Shown: piece by piece, positions 1 through 12,176 of the stretch | Numbering within the stretch: the stretch's first letter is position 1 | Layout: each line of letters opens with the position of its first letter | NCBI RefSeq assembly: GCF_963506605.1 | Contig: NC_083284.1 | Location: 62,806,001-62,870,000 of the forward strand | Source: Zootoca vivipara | Taxonomy: Eukaryota | Length of the DNA: 64,000 nt | Direction of reading: 5' to 3' | Translations under genes and position numbers: made by a program | The notes under the pieces: model-generated | Told to the model about the DNA's origin: nothing | Seen by the model: only the letters and a program-made list of their open reading frames with translations | Database searches by the model: none

Positions 1-71
1 GAAATTTTAAGAAGTTTGGCACAGAAGAGGAAGAGTGAAGCTTTTTCTGTAGAGCAGAACGGTAGGAGGTG
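1..71 (-). CDS. TBC1D1: TBC1D1 alternative (muscle-type) exon 13, cut by the window edge
   Basis: (S)TSYRSALQKKLHSSSSVPNFLKF; acceptor CTCTCAG| with a long pyrimidine tract. Confidence 0.9.
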
Positions 72-317
72 CTGAGAGTAGTTGAAAGGGGGAAGTTCAG
101 AAGGAGGAAGTGTAAGTATACCAGGTGAAATTGAGAACAAAAACACAAAACAGGAAAAAAAACTGATCAGTATTAAACCAGAAAAATAATAATAATTGTA
201 GGTGTTAAAACAAATAACAAACCAGAAAAATAAAACTTGTAGGTGTTAAAACAAATAACAAGAAATCGAAGGCTAACATTGCAAGACATTTTACGTCTCT
301 TTATGGCTTTATTTATA

Positions 318-676
318 GGGACCCAGGTGGCGCTGTGGGTTAAACCACAGAGTCTAGGGCTTGCTGATCAGAAGGTCGGCGGTTTGAATCCCTGCAACGG
401 GGTGAGCTCCCGTTGCTCGGTCCCAGCTCCTGCCCACCTAGCAGTTCGAAAGCACATCAAAGTGCAAGTAGATAAACAGGGACCGCTACGGCGGGAAGGT
501 AAATGCCGTGTCCGTGCGCTGCTCTGGTTCACCAGAAGCAGCTTTGTCATCCTGGCCACATGACCTGGAAGCTGTCTGTGGACGAATACCGGCTCCCTCG
601 GCCTATAGAGCGAGATGAGCGCCGCAACCCGAGTCGGACACAACTGGACCTGATGGTCAGGGGCCCCTTTACCTTT
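318..676 (+). mobile_element. Sauria SINE
   Basis: GGGACCCAGGTGGCGCTGTGG head, BovB-like GAGTCGGACAC 3' part, ACCTTT tail; imperfect TSD TTA[T/G]GGCTTTATT. Confidence 0.9.
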
Positions 677-1373
677 AGGGCTTTATTCCAAATCAGCAAT
701 GGATACAAAACCTCACTTCTTGGACTTTTGAATCAGTGGGAGGAGAAATCACCTTGGCTTTCACCTGCCCCTCAGAAATGAGAGGGGTAGCAGTGGTTTC
801 TTTTGGGTTGGTCTCATGAAATAGAAGGGAAATGTGGCAGGAAAATCACCAAATATGATGGTTTGTGTAGGGCTGCCATGTGACCCTTACATGAAATTTA
901 CTTGAATTAAGAAGATTTAGGCTGGATCCATGTATTTTTTTTCCTAGCACCAAGTGTGCAGCAAACAAATGCATTTTAACTTTCTTCCTCTCCTGCCTTC
1001 TTGATGTAATAGTCGGGAGAGAGTCGTCAAGTGGACATTTAAGGTCAATCTATTCCCACTGCTTTTCTCAAGCTTTGCAGTAGCATAGTAAACCATAATC
1101 TGAGTGTGGGATAATGACACTACAGGAAAGCTTCAAAAGATGCACCTCAGAGTAGGGAAAAAGTCCACTCCTTTTCCTCAAACTACATAGCCCACCAAAG
1201 GTTGTGAGAACTTATTTTTACTTCCACATAAAGGAAAAACCTCAAATGAAGCACGAAAAGCACGTCAATATAGGTGAAACCATGAAACCACTGGGGTTTC
1301 TGGTGGTTTTTATGTTTTGAAATGTTCTTTAAAATGCGGATCATAAACAAACTCCCCACATCTCTTCTCTCAC

Positions 1374-1526
1374 CTCTTTGGCACAGCATGCCCACTTTGT
1401 TCTCCACTTGAATTATGCCTAAAATGTTTAAAGAAATTGGGCGAAGAGGCCGAGGGATTAAGACGAGCTGGAGGAGGAGAAGGAGGAGGAGCCGGTGATG
1501 ACTGATCAGAAGAACTTTTAGAGCTG
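1374..1526 (-). CDS. TBC1D1: TBC1D1 alternative (muscle-type) exon 12; acceptor 1526 or 1523
   Basis: ...SSPAPPPSPPPARLNPSASSPNFFKHFRHNSSGEQSGHAVPK; donor AG|GTGAG; phase 2-2; first AG after the pyrimidine tract is CAG|CAG. Confidence 0.85.
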
Positions 1527-1618
1527 CTGCCAGGTGTGTTCATATTTTACAAGGAGGGTTCCAGCAGGGAAGATTAAACAAAAGGTAAGACAGAAAGAAA
1601 CGTGACAAATCAAAGAAA

Positions 1619-1882
1619 ACATTGAATATTTACAGATAAATTGTAAACAGATAAGAACATTGGCAGGATTACTGTAATAATCTGCAGTTTTATAAGATTT
1701 TATATTTAAAGTAGATGAATAAATGAGCAAATTAAGTTAATTTGGATATGCAGAAGATATTAAAAATAAATTTAAGGAACTGCAGAAAGAGGGGGAAGGA
1801 AGTCAAGTTTTGAAATGTTAAAGTGATTGTAAAATTAGTGAAATGTATAAATCTGAAAAGCATAAATAAAATTTAAAAAAGA
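1619..1882 (+). mobile_element. L1 3' fragment (ORF2 C-terminus and 3'UTR)
   Basis: Reads IEYLQINCKQIRTLAGLL*, then an AT-rich UTR with AATAAA and an A-rich tail. Confidence 0.6.
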
Positions 1883-2737
1883 CAAAAAGAAAAGGGCAAA
1901 GAGCTGAATTAAAAAAAGATGCACTACATCACTGCCTTTGTATTAACCATGTTAAATAACAGCACAGGCACCAGGGACAATGGGAGTGCTCTTCCATTGA
2001 TTCTGCCTCCTCCATGGTGCCTGGCTTAACCAAAAAGATCTTCTGATGTCCCTAGTAAGAAGGCAGACATATGGCAATCAAATAGGCAGCAAACACAAAC
2101 CAGTGCTTTACTTCTTGGAATGATCCTCTTCTAGCCCTAAACAAGCCAAGATTACCTGGCTCATTTTCTCAACGCTCATGTGAGCAACAGGAGCACAGCT
2201 TCCAAGACTGTGGGAAGGCTTTGCAGTCCAGAAAGGATGATTGCTGGTTTCTCCTACATATATTTCCCAGCCTGCATCAGGCCTTGAGTTGTCAACAAGG
2301 TTTTATTGCCAAGGCTTTGACGTACGGATTCTGAACAATTTCCATGCCCATTAGCAACCACACCCAACAGACCAGGCGATAAAGCAGGGTCAGGACTGTT
2401 GATGCAATATGTATAGTGGAGGGATGCCTAAACATTTTGAAACATGTTAATGCTCTTTGGGGGGATGCATTTCTGGTGTCATTCTAAGGAGCTAATGTGG
2501 GAAGAAGTTCCCTTGAAGAATTGTGTACCGTAATTGCAACACAAATGCAGGATCAAGTTCCTAGCAATTTAAGGATAAATAAATCTGAATTTAGCAGATT
2601 TAACATTAAAGTGATGCACACCTTATTTGGTTTTTGCATAACCAAAGGTCAGAGCAAAGAACATTTGACTATATGTGCTTGAAGCAATGGAAGTATATTA
2701 TAGTCTAAAGTTAAACTTAGCATGGCTTTTTTATATA

Positions 2738-3154
2738 CAGTGGTACCTCGGTTTATGAACACAATTGGTTCCGGAAGTCTGTTCATAAACTGAAGCGTTC
2801 ATAAACTGAAGCGAACTTTCCCATTGAAAGTAATGGAAAGTGAATTAATCCGTTCCAGACGGTCCGCGGAGTAAGCGTTCATAAACTGAAGCAAACTTTT
2901 CCATTGAAAGTAATGGAAAGTGGATTAATCCGTTCCAGACGGGTCCGTGAAGTACTTAAACTGAAGCGTTCATAAACTGAAACATGGGTGTAATTGGTTC
3001 CGGAAGTCTGTTCATAAACTGAAGCGTTCATAAACTGAAGCGAACTTTCCCATTAAAAGTAATGGAAAGTGAATTAATCCGTTCCAGATGGGTCCGCGGT
3101 GTTCATAAACCGAAAATTCATAAACCGAGGTGTTCATAAACCGAGGTTCCACTG
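2738..3154. mobile_element. Tc1/mariner (Tigger/pogo-like) MITE with internal repeats
   Basis: TA TSD; TIR CAGTGG(T/A)ACCTCGGTTTATGAACAC; three internal ~75-bp repeats. Confidence 0.9.
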
Positions 3155-4280
3155 TATATAAAACTTTACCAACTCTGTAACATGCAAGCAAAAGCAATAC
3201 AGCAGTGCCCTATGTTACAAAAGTTGAGATCAAAGATGAACCGTGAAATAAAACATTCTAAGCAAGTTCAGCTTTTACTGAGCAAGCAGCAGCAGGTTGA
3301 AAATAGCATTGTGGCAAAATGATACTGATGAACAATTTGCAAGTCCATAGTTGTAATGCTAAAGCCCTCTAGATATAACAAGCGACAAGGTTCAAAGAAA
3401 GGGCAAGGAAACCAACCAAAGCCATAGAACCTCTTTCTTTCACTCTTCCTCCTCTTTCTGCCACTTCTGGTATGTGTAAGGGAGAAAAAGTGATTTGGCA
3501 CAAATCCCAATTTGTAATAGTCTAGATATTCCTGGCAAACCAGAGTAAACCAGGATTTTTAGCAAAGCAACACAGCTAACATGTGCAAACATTTAGAAAA
3601 CCTATGAAGCATACTGACACAAGAATATGAGAAGTGAGTGCTGATTAGCAAATATAAAAACCTTGCAGTCAAATTGTTAAATAGTTCCATGCAATCAACT
3701 GGGCAAAATAGGACAGGGCACCAATCTATCAGCAAATAAGAGGAATGTATCCCTCCTGCCCAATTTACAAATATTTATAGTTACTAGATATTTAGCCTTC
3801 ATTTCTGTAGGTACTATCAAAACTTCCCATACTGTTCTTGGAAAGGAAATGACACACATTTTCTTTGGTTGCATGCACTTCCCTAATAGATGATAACAGG
3901 CAAACACCTGCAAGTAACAGAGCCCATGCATGGATTATAGCGTCTGAATCATGGACCTTGATACAAATATTCCTCAAAGTCTAAGAGCTAATTCATATTT
4001 CCCAATGAGTAGGAGCACTAGTGTGACAGAGAGGATGTCAAAGGTTTCAAATGATGAGTTACCCAAAGACTTCTTGACGTTTCATTTATAAAGCATCCTG
4101 CTATGGAAAAACACTTTGTCACATCTGAGAATTTTAACATTTATGTTCAGAAACATGCTATGGTTGGATATATGAGACAGACTTATCCAGAGATCTCATT
4201 TTCTCTAAAAATGGACATACCTTAAAACATTTAGCCCAAATTTCTCCCCCCACAGCATCCTGTTTTAAACTTAGCCTTAC

Positions 4281-4555
4281 TTTTGCTGGTTTGGAGTCTC
4301 TGTGCTCACCGAATGATACCTCATAAGTTTCCTTTGGGGAACAGTCGGAGATGCTTCAGTGGGTTCTGGGGCTTCCTGGCTTTCAGTTGGCACATGGGTC
4401 AGAGTATTAGCTCGTCTTCTAAATCCCTGGTAAGCTGATTTTGCAGACTGTTCAGTAGACGAGCTTTCTAGCTCACTTGAGAGATCACCTACAGATCCAT
4501 TTGCCTTGAGGGGGCTCTCTGGGGGAAGGTCTTCTTTCTCAAACAGAGATGTTTC
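4281..4555 (-). CDS. TBC1D1: TBC1D1 exon 11
   Basis: ETSLFEKEDLPP...FRRRANTLTH (human Thr596 Akt-site motif)...QRKLMRYHSVSTETPNQQ; 275 nt, phase 0-2. Confidence 0.95.
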
Positions 4556-4897
4556 CTGTCAACATAAAATATATCCACATATAATTAAGCATGGCATAGA
4601 AATGATAACTGTTATTTTTTTCAGGCTGCTCTGAACCTATCATATATGCTTTATGGCTGCACTTCTGCAATTTCATTTCTCCATTGTCCAATGAGATTTC
4701 ATTCCTGTTTGGGAAGCCCAGAAGGGTTTACCAAGAATATGTTGTTATTCATACGCTACAAATCATAAGCTTATCCGAAACATGAATTGAACCATGAACA
4801 AAATACTCATGCTGCAGAAGGTAAGTCTGGCCTGGAATGGGAGATGTACAGGAAGTTAAAAAGAAGGGGCTTCCAATTCTGCTCTGCCTTAATGGAG

Positions 4898-4980
4898 GCA
4901 GCCCCCCCCCCTCCGCGATGCCAGGGACCTCGGAGCTCGAGGTCCCTGCGTCCGCTCACCGGCGCTGCAGACCGGAAGTC
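4898..4980 (-). mobile_element. Solitary L1 5'-terminal fragment
   Basis: Begins GACTTCCGGT with GAGCTC at +43, as in the full-length L1 (+44); CpG-rich patch in an AT-rich intron. Confidence 0.65.
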
Positions 4981-5309
4981 CTAGAGCTTAATTGGACTAA
5001 AGTACTACAGGCACATGCTAGAAGAGATGAGACCACAAACTGCAGAACAAACCAACTGTGAGGACTTTAAGGTTTGAACTTAAGTTAAGCCTCCATTCAG
5101 TGCAAAAGATGGTGGGGGGGGGGAGTCTACAGTTTCTTTATTTAAAGTTTTCTTCTCTACATTTATGATTCAGCAACCCTCCTCTGAATGTTAGTTCAAA
5201 ATATATTTGTACAAGCGAGGACAGAAGAATTTGAATTATAAATATGGAATATAACATCATATGGAACTCTGTGTGTAAAAAAAGGAAAAATGGAGAGAAG
5301 CTCTATTTT

Positions 5310-5445
5310 CAGGCATCCCCAAACTGCGGCCCTCCAGATGTTTTGGCCTACAAATCCCATGATCCATACCTAACAGGACCAGTGGTCAGGGGAGATGGGA
5401 ATTGTAGTCCAAAACATCTGGAGGGCCGAAGTTTGGGGATGCCTG
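5310..5445. mobile_element. Palindromic hAT MITE
   Basis: TIR CAGGCATCCCCAAACT; perfect TSD TCTATTTT. Confidence 0.92.
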
Positions 5446-5580
5446 TCTATTTTGCAAAAGGTTTACTCTTCCCCATCCTTTTTTATTTATAAAGTGAACT
5501 GAATAATGCTAAGAATAATGCTAATTTAATTGGAAGTATAATTGCTCATATATCTGCAGTTGTAAAGAAGGATGAAAAGA

Positions 5581-5826
5581 GGAGAAGAAGAAGAGTTTGG
5601 ATTTGATATCCCGCTTTATCACTACCCGAAGGAGTCTCAAAGCGGCTAACATTCTCCTTTCCCTTCCTCCCCCACAACAAGAACTCTGTGAGGTGAGTGG
5701 GGCTGAGAGACTTCAAAGAAGTGTGACTAGCCCAAGGTCACCCAGCAGCTGCATGTGGAGGAGCAGAGACGCAAACCCGGTTCCCCAGATTAGAGTCTAC
5801 AGCTCTTAACCACTACACCACACTGA
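5581..5826 (-). mobile_element. tRNA-derived SINE (lacertid type) with (CTT)n tail
   Basis: Minus strand starts CAGTGTGGTGTAGTGGTTAAG (A box), has a B-box-like GGTTTGCGTCTC and a simple-repeat tail. Confidence 0.75.
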
Positions 5827-6399
5827 CTCTCAGGAGTCTGTGAACTGCCAAGGAACTGATAAGGGTTCTTTATTGAGTCATCTGCAGTTTGACAGGCTGC
5901 TCTTCTTCCCAGGCTGAGAGGGAAAATGGTGGCAACAGGTAATTTACTGGGACAGAGTGACTTTTGCAGCTGTTGTTAAAGTTGCAAAACAACGAAGCAC
6001 GGGATGGAGTGATGGAGAAATTTCTTGAACAACAATGGGTGTGGCGTTCAGAGCATACACAGAGTGCAAAAGAAAGACAAGGACATGGGAAAGCTTTGAC
6101 CAGCAAGAGCTCTGAGGAAAAAATGTGACGTGACCCCGCACTCCTCCTGCAGACTATTTTTATTGACATCCAATTGGTGCATCCCCAAATTCGAATGCTC
6201 CAATCACATCAAGCCAGCACCTCTCCACACAGTCCCCATGCAGGTCTCATGTGAGACAGGATCAGGTTGCTGTACATCAGAGCAGGAAATACATGAAAGG
6301 AGGCAAGAGACAAAAGAAGGAATGCACTCAGAGAAACCAGAGGCAATAAACTCAGGAAAGGAAAGGCAGATAGGCATTTAGCAGAGAGAGAGAGAGAAA

Positions 6400-7092
6400 C
6401 CAAATGGCCAGAGATTTATCTCAGAGGCTTACGTGACCTTCCAACCTTAACTCCATGGTGGAATTGCAATACCATGATATGAATTTATCTCATGCAGAAC
6501 ATTATTAAAACCTGGTCCACATAGACTGACCCAGCCAGGATCCAAGCTAACATCGAACCAAAGTAGTTCGACCTCACCCTCTTCCTGACACAGCTGATCA
6601 GCCCAGTTTATAGGCATATAATATCCTTACATGGATTCTACAAATGGGATATCAGCTCTACACAAGGCATGATGGATAACAGCAACAACCAGGGGAAAGA
6701 AGGACATAACATCTTACAAGGACAGGAAGAAACACTATGGACAGAACTGGCACACACAGGAAGAACAAGGATATAGTTTGAGTTCCTCACTTCTAGTTTT
6801 ATAAATTATTAATGTGTCAACACGAATAGAAGTTCTTAATATTGCAGTTGTTATATAAGGGATTATTAATATGAGTGGAATGTAATTGAAATTAATAAGA
6901 TTTTGGAACGCAGAAATAAAGAAAATAATCAAACCATCATCAAATCTAGCATGCGGGGGGCCACTTTATCTAAATTATATAATTCGGTATTTGAATGATT
7001 GGTATTAATAATTGTATTATAAATTGGTATTATTATAATGAGGCTATTATTGGACTGTAATTGAAAACTAATTAAAAATTATTATTAAAAAA
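6400..7092 (+). mobile_element. Possible old L1 remnants
   Basis: GGIAIP-like frame at ~6457 resembles GGLNLPDLKLY of the intact L1; AT-rich UTR with A tail to 7092. Confidence 0.35.
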
Positions 7093-7460
7093 GGAAGTTA
7101 AAATGAAGGGAACTGCAGGCCCTAGATTTTAATATAACCTGTCAATTAAGTGTCTGAGATGACTAAGAATCCTATCCAGATGATCAAGTAGGTATGTTTA
7201 TGTAAACTTTTATGTCACTGATGTGCTAGAAGTGTGACTTACAGAAATATGAGCAGCTAAGAAAGCTATAGAGCAGCAAACTATTTTTCCCCACTAGCCT
7301 GTTTATGATAACAAATACAATTGTTCATTGTTTTCAAAATAAAACTCAACACTGTTTAATAATACAACTGTGCGCCCCCAACTGGCCACCTGGCTTTTAG
7401 TAAATAATATTAAAGATTGTAACATATATTGTTACTTTTTATGTTTTGCTATTCACTTAC

Positions 7461-7547
7461 TTTACTTGTTGTGCTTTGTGTGCTAGATAAGGAGCTGTCC
7501 AAATCAATACTTCCAGAACTTTCCAGTTGACTTTTGGCTTTATTCCC
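7461..7547 (-). CDS. TBC1D1: TBC1D1 exon 10
   Basis: GNKAKSQLESSGSIDLDSSLSSTQSTTSK; TAG| acceptor, AAA|GTAAGT donor; 87 nt; not in the ORF track. Confidence 0.93.
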
Positions 7548-7957
7548 CTACCAAGAAAATCCTCATATTATATAGGCACACATATATAAAGAAATCTGAA
7601 AGTTCATACGATTCCTTGCAATAACCCCCCAAAGTTCTCACTGTGCTGAGATCATTATTAAATTTAATTTCCTGAGTGGACTAAGAATAGCCTTGCTCTG
7701 CATAAGAAACAACAGCCTCATTCAAAAAGGTCACTCGCACTGATATTTGCAAGCAACTTGGAAACTAGCAAAAGCATAACTGCCAAGTACTAATTTAATA
7801 AGTGAACCTTTTGTGTAGTCATCAATGTTTTTCACTCCTTTCTATTTTAAGAAATCACCAATCAAATTACTGGATATCTGCACTACGTTAAAAAAATTCT
7901 TTCAGTTAACATATACGATGCCATCAGACACAAGATAACAAGATTAAAGAGCCTTAC

Positions 7958-8086
7958 CCGAGATAAAATACTGTCTAATGATTCTGTCAGTGACCTTTTA
8001 GCCTTGCTCTTCAACATATCTAGTCTGAACCGGGATGTGTTGCTTGGCAATTCATTTCCCATGGCCTCTACTGATGACTGTGACAT
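7958..8086 (-). CDS. TBC1D1: TBC1D1 exon 9
   Basis: MSQSSVEAMGNELPSNTSRFRLDMLKSKAKRSLTESLDSILSR; 129 nt; CGG|GTAAGG donor. Confidence 0.95.
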
Positions 8087-9205
8087 CTAGAAAGTTAAAA
8101 TAACAAACATTCTTTTAAAAAGAGAGAATAAGGACAAAGAGAACAAGTTTCCATAGAAGACATCCTTCCATGTTTTCTAGAAGTGTCACACAATTTGTAT
8201 GACGCCCGTTCTGAACTTAGAACTAGCTTGGAACAAAAAAGTTCCAAAAAGGCTAAATATTTATTACACGGATCAGATTTTGTCCTCTCCGTTCAAATCA
8301 GCTCCCACCTCCACCCCAAAATATGTCCTAGACACAGCAATTTGGATTGCATTTATTTCTTGTGTACAAGTTTCTGGGCAATCAGAACTGAGAGCCAGGT
8401 GGTTGAGGCATGCTTCATGGGGAAAGAAAGTACTATTTCCAAGGAAATGTAAAGACTGTATCCAATTACTGGAGAAGATGATTGCCAGAGAAAGTACTCA
8501 GGGTCAAATATGGATGGATGCTTGCATAAAATAATGGCAAAGGTTCAAGTGGGCTTGCACTTATGTTGTAGTCTCCTGTTCAATTCAGTGCACAGCTACT
8601 GCCATAGGAGAACATTCAGCTAAAACTAATGTTGCTTTCTCTCCTCCTTTGCAATGGCACCTATTCACCACTCAGAGCAATGTCAAAATAGACACTATAC
8701 TGGTCAACTTCTTGCTGGTTGAGTTAGCCCGCACATGCTAGTTATCTAAGTGCAAGGATTTAAATTTTTAAAATTTCATTTTTAATTCATGATCCATTTA
8801 TACAGCACTTTGCTACACACACACACACACACACGTAATTTCAGCCAAGTAATTTCATTGTTCCTGCAGGAGGGCAATGACAATAAAGATTATCTTATCT
8901 TATCTTAATTTTATCTTATCTTACAAACACACACACATTATATATATATATAAACATCTCAAAGCAGTTGACATACACAATAAGTTCAAAAAAACACATC
9001 AAATAATTCACACAACAAAATACATGCGAGTTATACAGGGCAGCATTTAAATATGTGATCCTCCCAGGTGGGCTGTGCCACATGTTTTCAGAAAGTATAG
9101 ATCAGGTCTCACATGCAGACCTTTATGGAAAAGGCATTTTCATTTTATGCACCAACAGATCTTTTCCAGCAGTAAGAAAGGGGGTGGGGATTTACAATTG
9201 CCTAC

Positions 9206-9316
9206 CTGCTTGGCTTCACTAAGGTGGATATGATCCTTTTGCTTTTCCTCATACATAACTCTCAGGACAGAGATTATTAACTCATTCTCCTTCTGTTCAT
9301 TTCTTGGCCTTATTTT
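9206..9316 (-). CDS. TBC1D1: TBC1D1 exon 8
   Basis: KIRPRNEQKENELIISVLRVMYEEKQKDHIHLSEAKQ; 111 nt. Confidence 0.95.
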
Positions 9317-9576
9317 CTGCAATAGGAAAAAGGGAATATCTATATTAGCCATTATGCCCTAGTTACGGTACTTAAATTTTGTCAGTACATTGTATGGTTA
9401 AATTTCTGCTTGTACCCTAAAATACCAGTAGATGGCAACAGCATCACAAACTAAACAAAGTTAGCTAGCAAAAACAAAACAAAACTCTCCCTTACACTGC
9501 CCCATATAAATAAGTAAACAGGCGATTCACAATGGAGTTTTGCCTGTAGGATCAAGGCATGCATGCATGCATGCAT

Positions 9577-10250
9577 AAATAAATAAATAAATAAATAAAT
9601 AATATTTATACCCTGCCCATCTGGCTGGGTTTCCCCAGCCATTCTGGGCGGCTTCCAACAGAAAAATGAAATAAAATAATTGATTAAACATTAAAAGCCT
9701 CCCTAAACAGAGCTGCCTTCAGATGTCTTTTAAAAATCTGGTAGCTGTTTTTCTCTTTGACATCTGATGGGAGGGCATTCCACAGGGCGGGCGCCACTAC
9801 CGAGAAGGCCCTCTGCCTGGTTCCCTGAAACTTTGCTTCTCACAACGAGGGAACCACCAGAAGGCCCTCAGTACTGGACCTCAGTGTCCGGGCTGAACGA
9901 TGGGGGTGGAGACGCTCCTTCAGGTGTACTGGGCCGAGGCCATTTATGGCTTTAAAGCTCAGCACCAACACTTTGAATTGTGCTTGGAAACGTCCTGGGA
10001 GCCAATGTAGATCTTTCAAGACCGGTGTTATGTGGTCTCGGCGGCCGCTCCCAGTCACCAGTCTAGCTGCTGCATTCTGTCTTAGTTGTAGTTTCCGGGC
10101 ACCTTCAAAGGTAGCCCCACGTAGAGCGCATTGCAGTAGTCCAAGCAGGAGATAACTAGAGCATGCACCACTCTGGAGAGACAGTCTGCAGGCAGGTAGG
10201 GTCTCAGCCTGCGTACCAGATGGAGCTGATAAGACAGCTGCCCTGGACAC
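9577..10250 (-). mobile_element. L2-clade LINE 3' fragment
   Basis: LQLRQNAAARLVTG...HITPVLKDLHWLP C-terminal motif; (ATTT)n tail. Confidence 0.88.
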
Positions 10251-10323
10251 ATTCCCCCCTTGACAGTTTTAGATTGAAGATTTCTAGGTAGAAGAATATA
10301 TTTTTTTAGAAATTTACTTTAAA

Positions 10324-10674
10324 AAAGGTAAAGGACCCCTGATAGTTAGGTCCAGTTGCAAAATGACTCTGGGGTTGCAGTGCTCATCTCGCTTTACTGG
10401 CCAAGGGAGCTGACGTTTGTCCGCAGACAGTTTTTCCAGGTCATGTGGCCAGAACTAAGCTGCTTCTGGCGAAACCAAAGCAGCGCACGGAAACGTCATT
10501 TACCTTCCTGCTGGAGCTTACTTACTTGCCTTGCATTTTGATGTGCTTTCGAACTGCTAGGTTGGCAGGAGCAGGGCCTGAACAGGAGCTCACATCGCAG
10601 GGATTCGAACCGCCGACCTTCTGATCAGCAAGCCCTAGGCTCAGCGGTTTAAACCACAGTCTCACCATCGTCCC
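10324..10674 (-). mobile_element. Sauria SINE
   Basis: Reverse-complement homologue of 318-676. Confidence 0.88.
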
Positions 10675-11160
10675 TTATAGCCTTTTAATTTATATAACTG
10701 CTAAACTGAGATTTCAAGATATGACTACAACAAGAGAGGACAGCTTGCCATGTAACATGGAAGTGGGGGAGGCCCTGGTGTTTTGAGAAAAGCAAGCCCT
10801 GTTGGGCTTCTAGATGTAGTTTCACACTTCTTTGGACAACAGCAGATATGCTGACCACAGAAGTGTGTGAAGTCAGTTACTGTGATCAGTTACTTCTGTC
10901 ATTAATTGCCAAGGGATGCCAGAAGCAGCAATCCCAGCTCCCAATATTAACCCAGTTGTCTCCATAATAAATCTCGCTCTCTCTTTTACAATTTCCAACA
11001 TTAATAAATAAATAAATAAAATCCAATATTTTTCACTAGTGAGCCAAGGGTCTGTTGTTGCTTCTTTTGATCCACCATAATAAATATTTGAGTACTTTAA
11101 AGGACATATTCCCTATTCCACCCCACCCCACCCCCCACAAGAAAAAGACAAGACAGTTAC

Positions 11161-11252
11161 CTGAACTTCTTCAAATATTGAGGCCTGCTCCTGGTTGTTC
11201 AGCGTTGTTAGATGTTTTTGGATTTCTAGTTTAGTTTTAGAAGGATGTAATC
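11161..11252 (-). CDS. TBC1D1: TBC1D1 exon 7
   Basis: GLHPSKTKLEIQKHLTTLNNQEQASIFEEVQ; 92 nt, phase 1-0. Confidence 0.95.
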
Positions 11253-11424
11253 CTAACAAGTAACAGGCAAACAAATATAGGGTAAACAAAATGATTTTAG
11301 ACGGGTTGTACCTGACTACAGTAAATTCAGAGTGGACCCACTAAAATCAATAGTTTTAAGTCCGTCACATCTACTAATTTCAATTGTTCTATTCTGAGTA
11401 TTAGCACTTAGTTGGATACAACCC

Positions 11425-11593
11425 CAGGGCCGGCTCTAGGTAGAGTCCCGGTGGCGCGGGGCGCCAGGCCGGTAGGCAGGGCGCTGCGCGGCGAAGCCGT
11501 GCGGAAGCCATGCTGCGCCCTGCGAGGGCGGGGGCGCCGGAGCAATCTCCGCCCCTCAGCACCAGGGCGCCCGACCTGCTTGAGACTGCCCTG
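11425..11593. mobile_element. GC-rich hAT MITE
   Basis: CAGGGC...GCCCTG termini; TSD TACAACCC/CACAACCC. Confidence 0.85.
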
Positions 11594-12020
11594 CACAACC
11601 CAATGACAATATCTGGTCAGGCAATATTCACAAAGTCATGTCCATCCAAAATGAGCTTTTCAGACAGGGACTACACTCACTACACTAAGGTGAAAAGCAG
11701 AGAAGCAAAAAAACCCAAAACCCTGAGGTGACTGTGACCACAATATATGCAGCTCACAATCTATGCTTTCACAAGGAAGGGAAGAGAATAAGCTCGGAAC
11801 AGGAAGAATACCCAGACAGCAGCCCTGGGGGCTTGGTTATGGATGCCACCTGAACAAACCATTTGTGCCTGCTGAAACTTGGAGGAAGAGAACCAAGTGG
11901 AGACATTTTGTTTGATGCTAAGCAAACTGCACTGGTTTAGCGACAGCCAAAACAATCTTCCAACCAGTCCTTTAAGCTATGAGGGACAATCCCTTTCGAA
12001 GTTTAAAAGAATCCTAGGTA

Positions 12021-12176
12021 CAGTCGTACCTTGGCAGTTGAACGGAATCCATTCCAGAAGTCCGTTCAACTTCCAAAACATTCGGTTTGCAAACCAGAAC
12101 ACTCACTTCTGGGTTTGTGGCATTAGGGAGCCAAAACATTCAAGAACTAAGCTGTTCGAAAACCAAGGTACAACTG
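12021..12176. mobile_element. Tc1/mariner MITE
   Basis: TA TSD; TIR CAGT(C/T)GTACCTTGG. Confidence 0.85.

Noticed and set aside
2781-3100. Repeat-spacer-like array suggestive of CRISPR
   Set aside because: Eukaryotic DNA; the units are near-identical internal repeats of a TA-flanked MITE, with no unique spacers or cas genes
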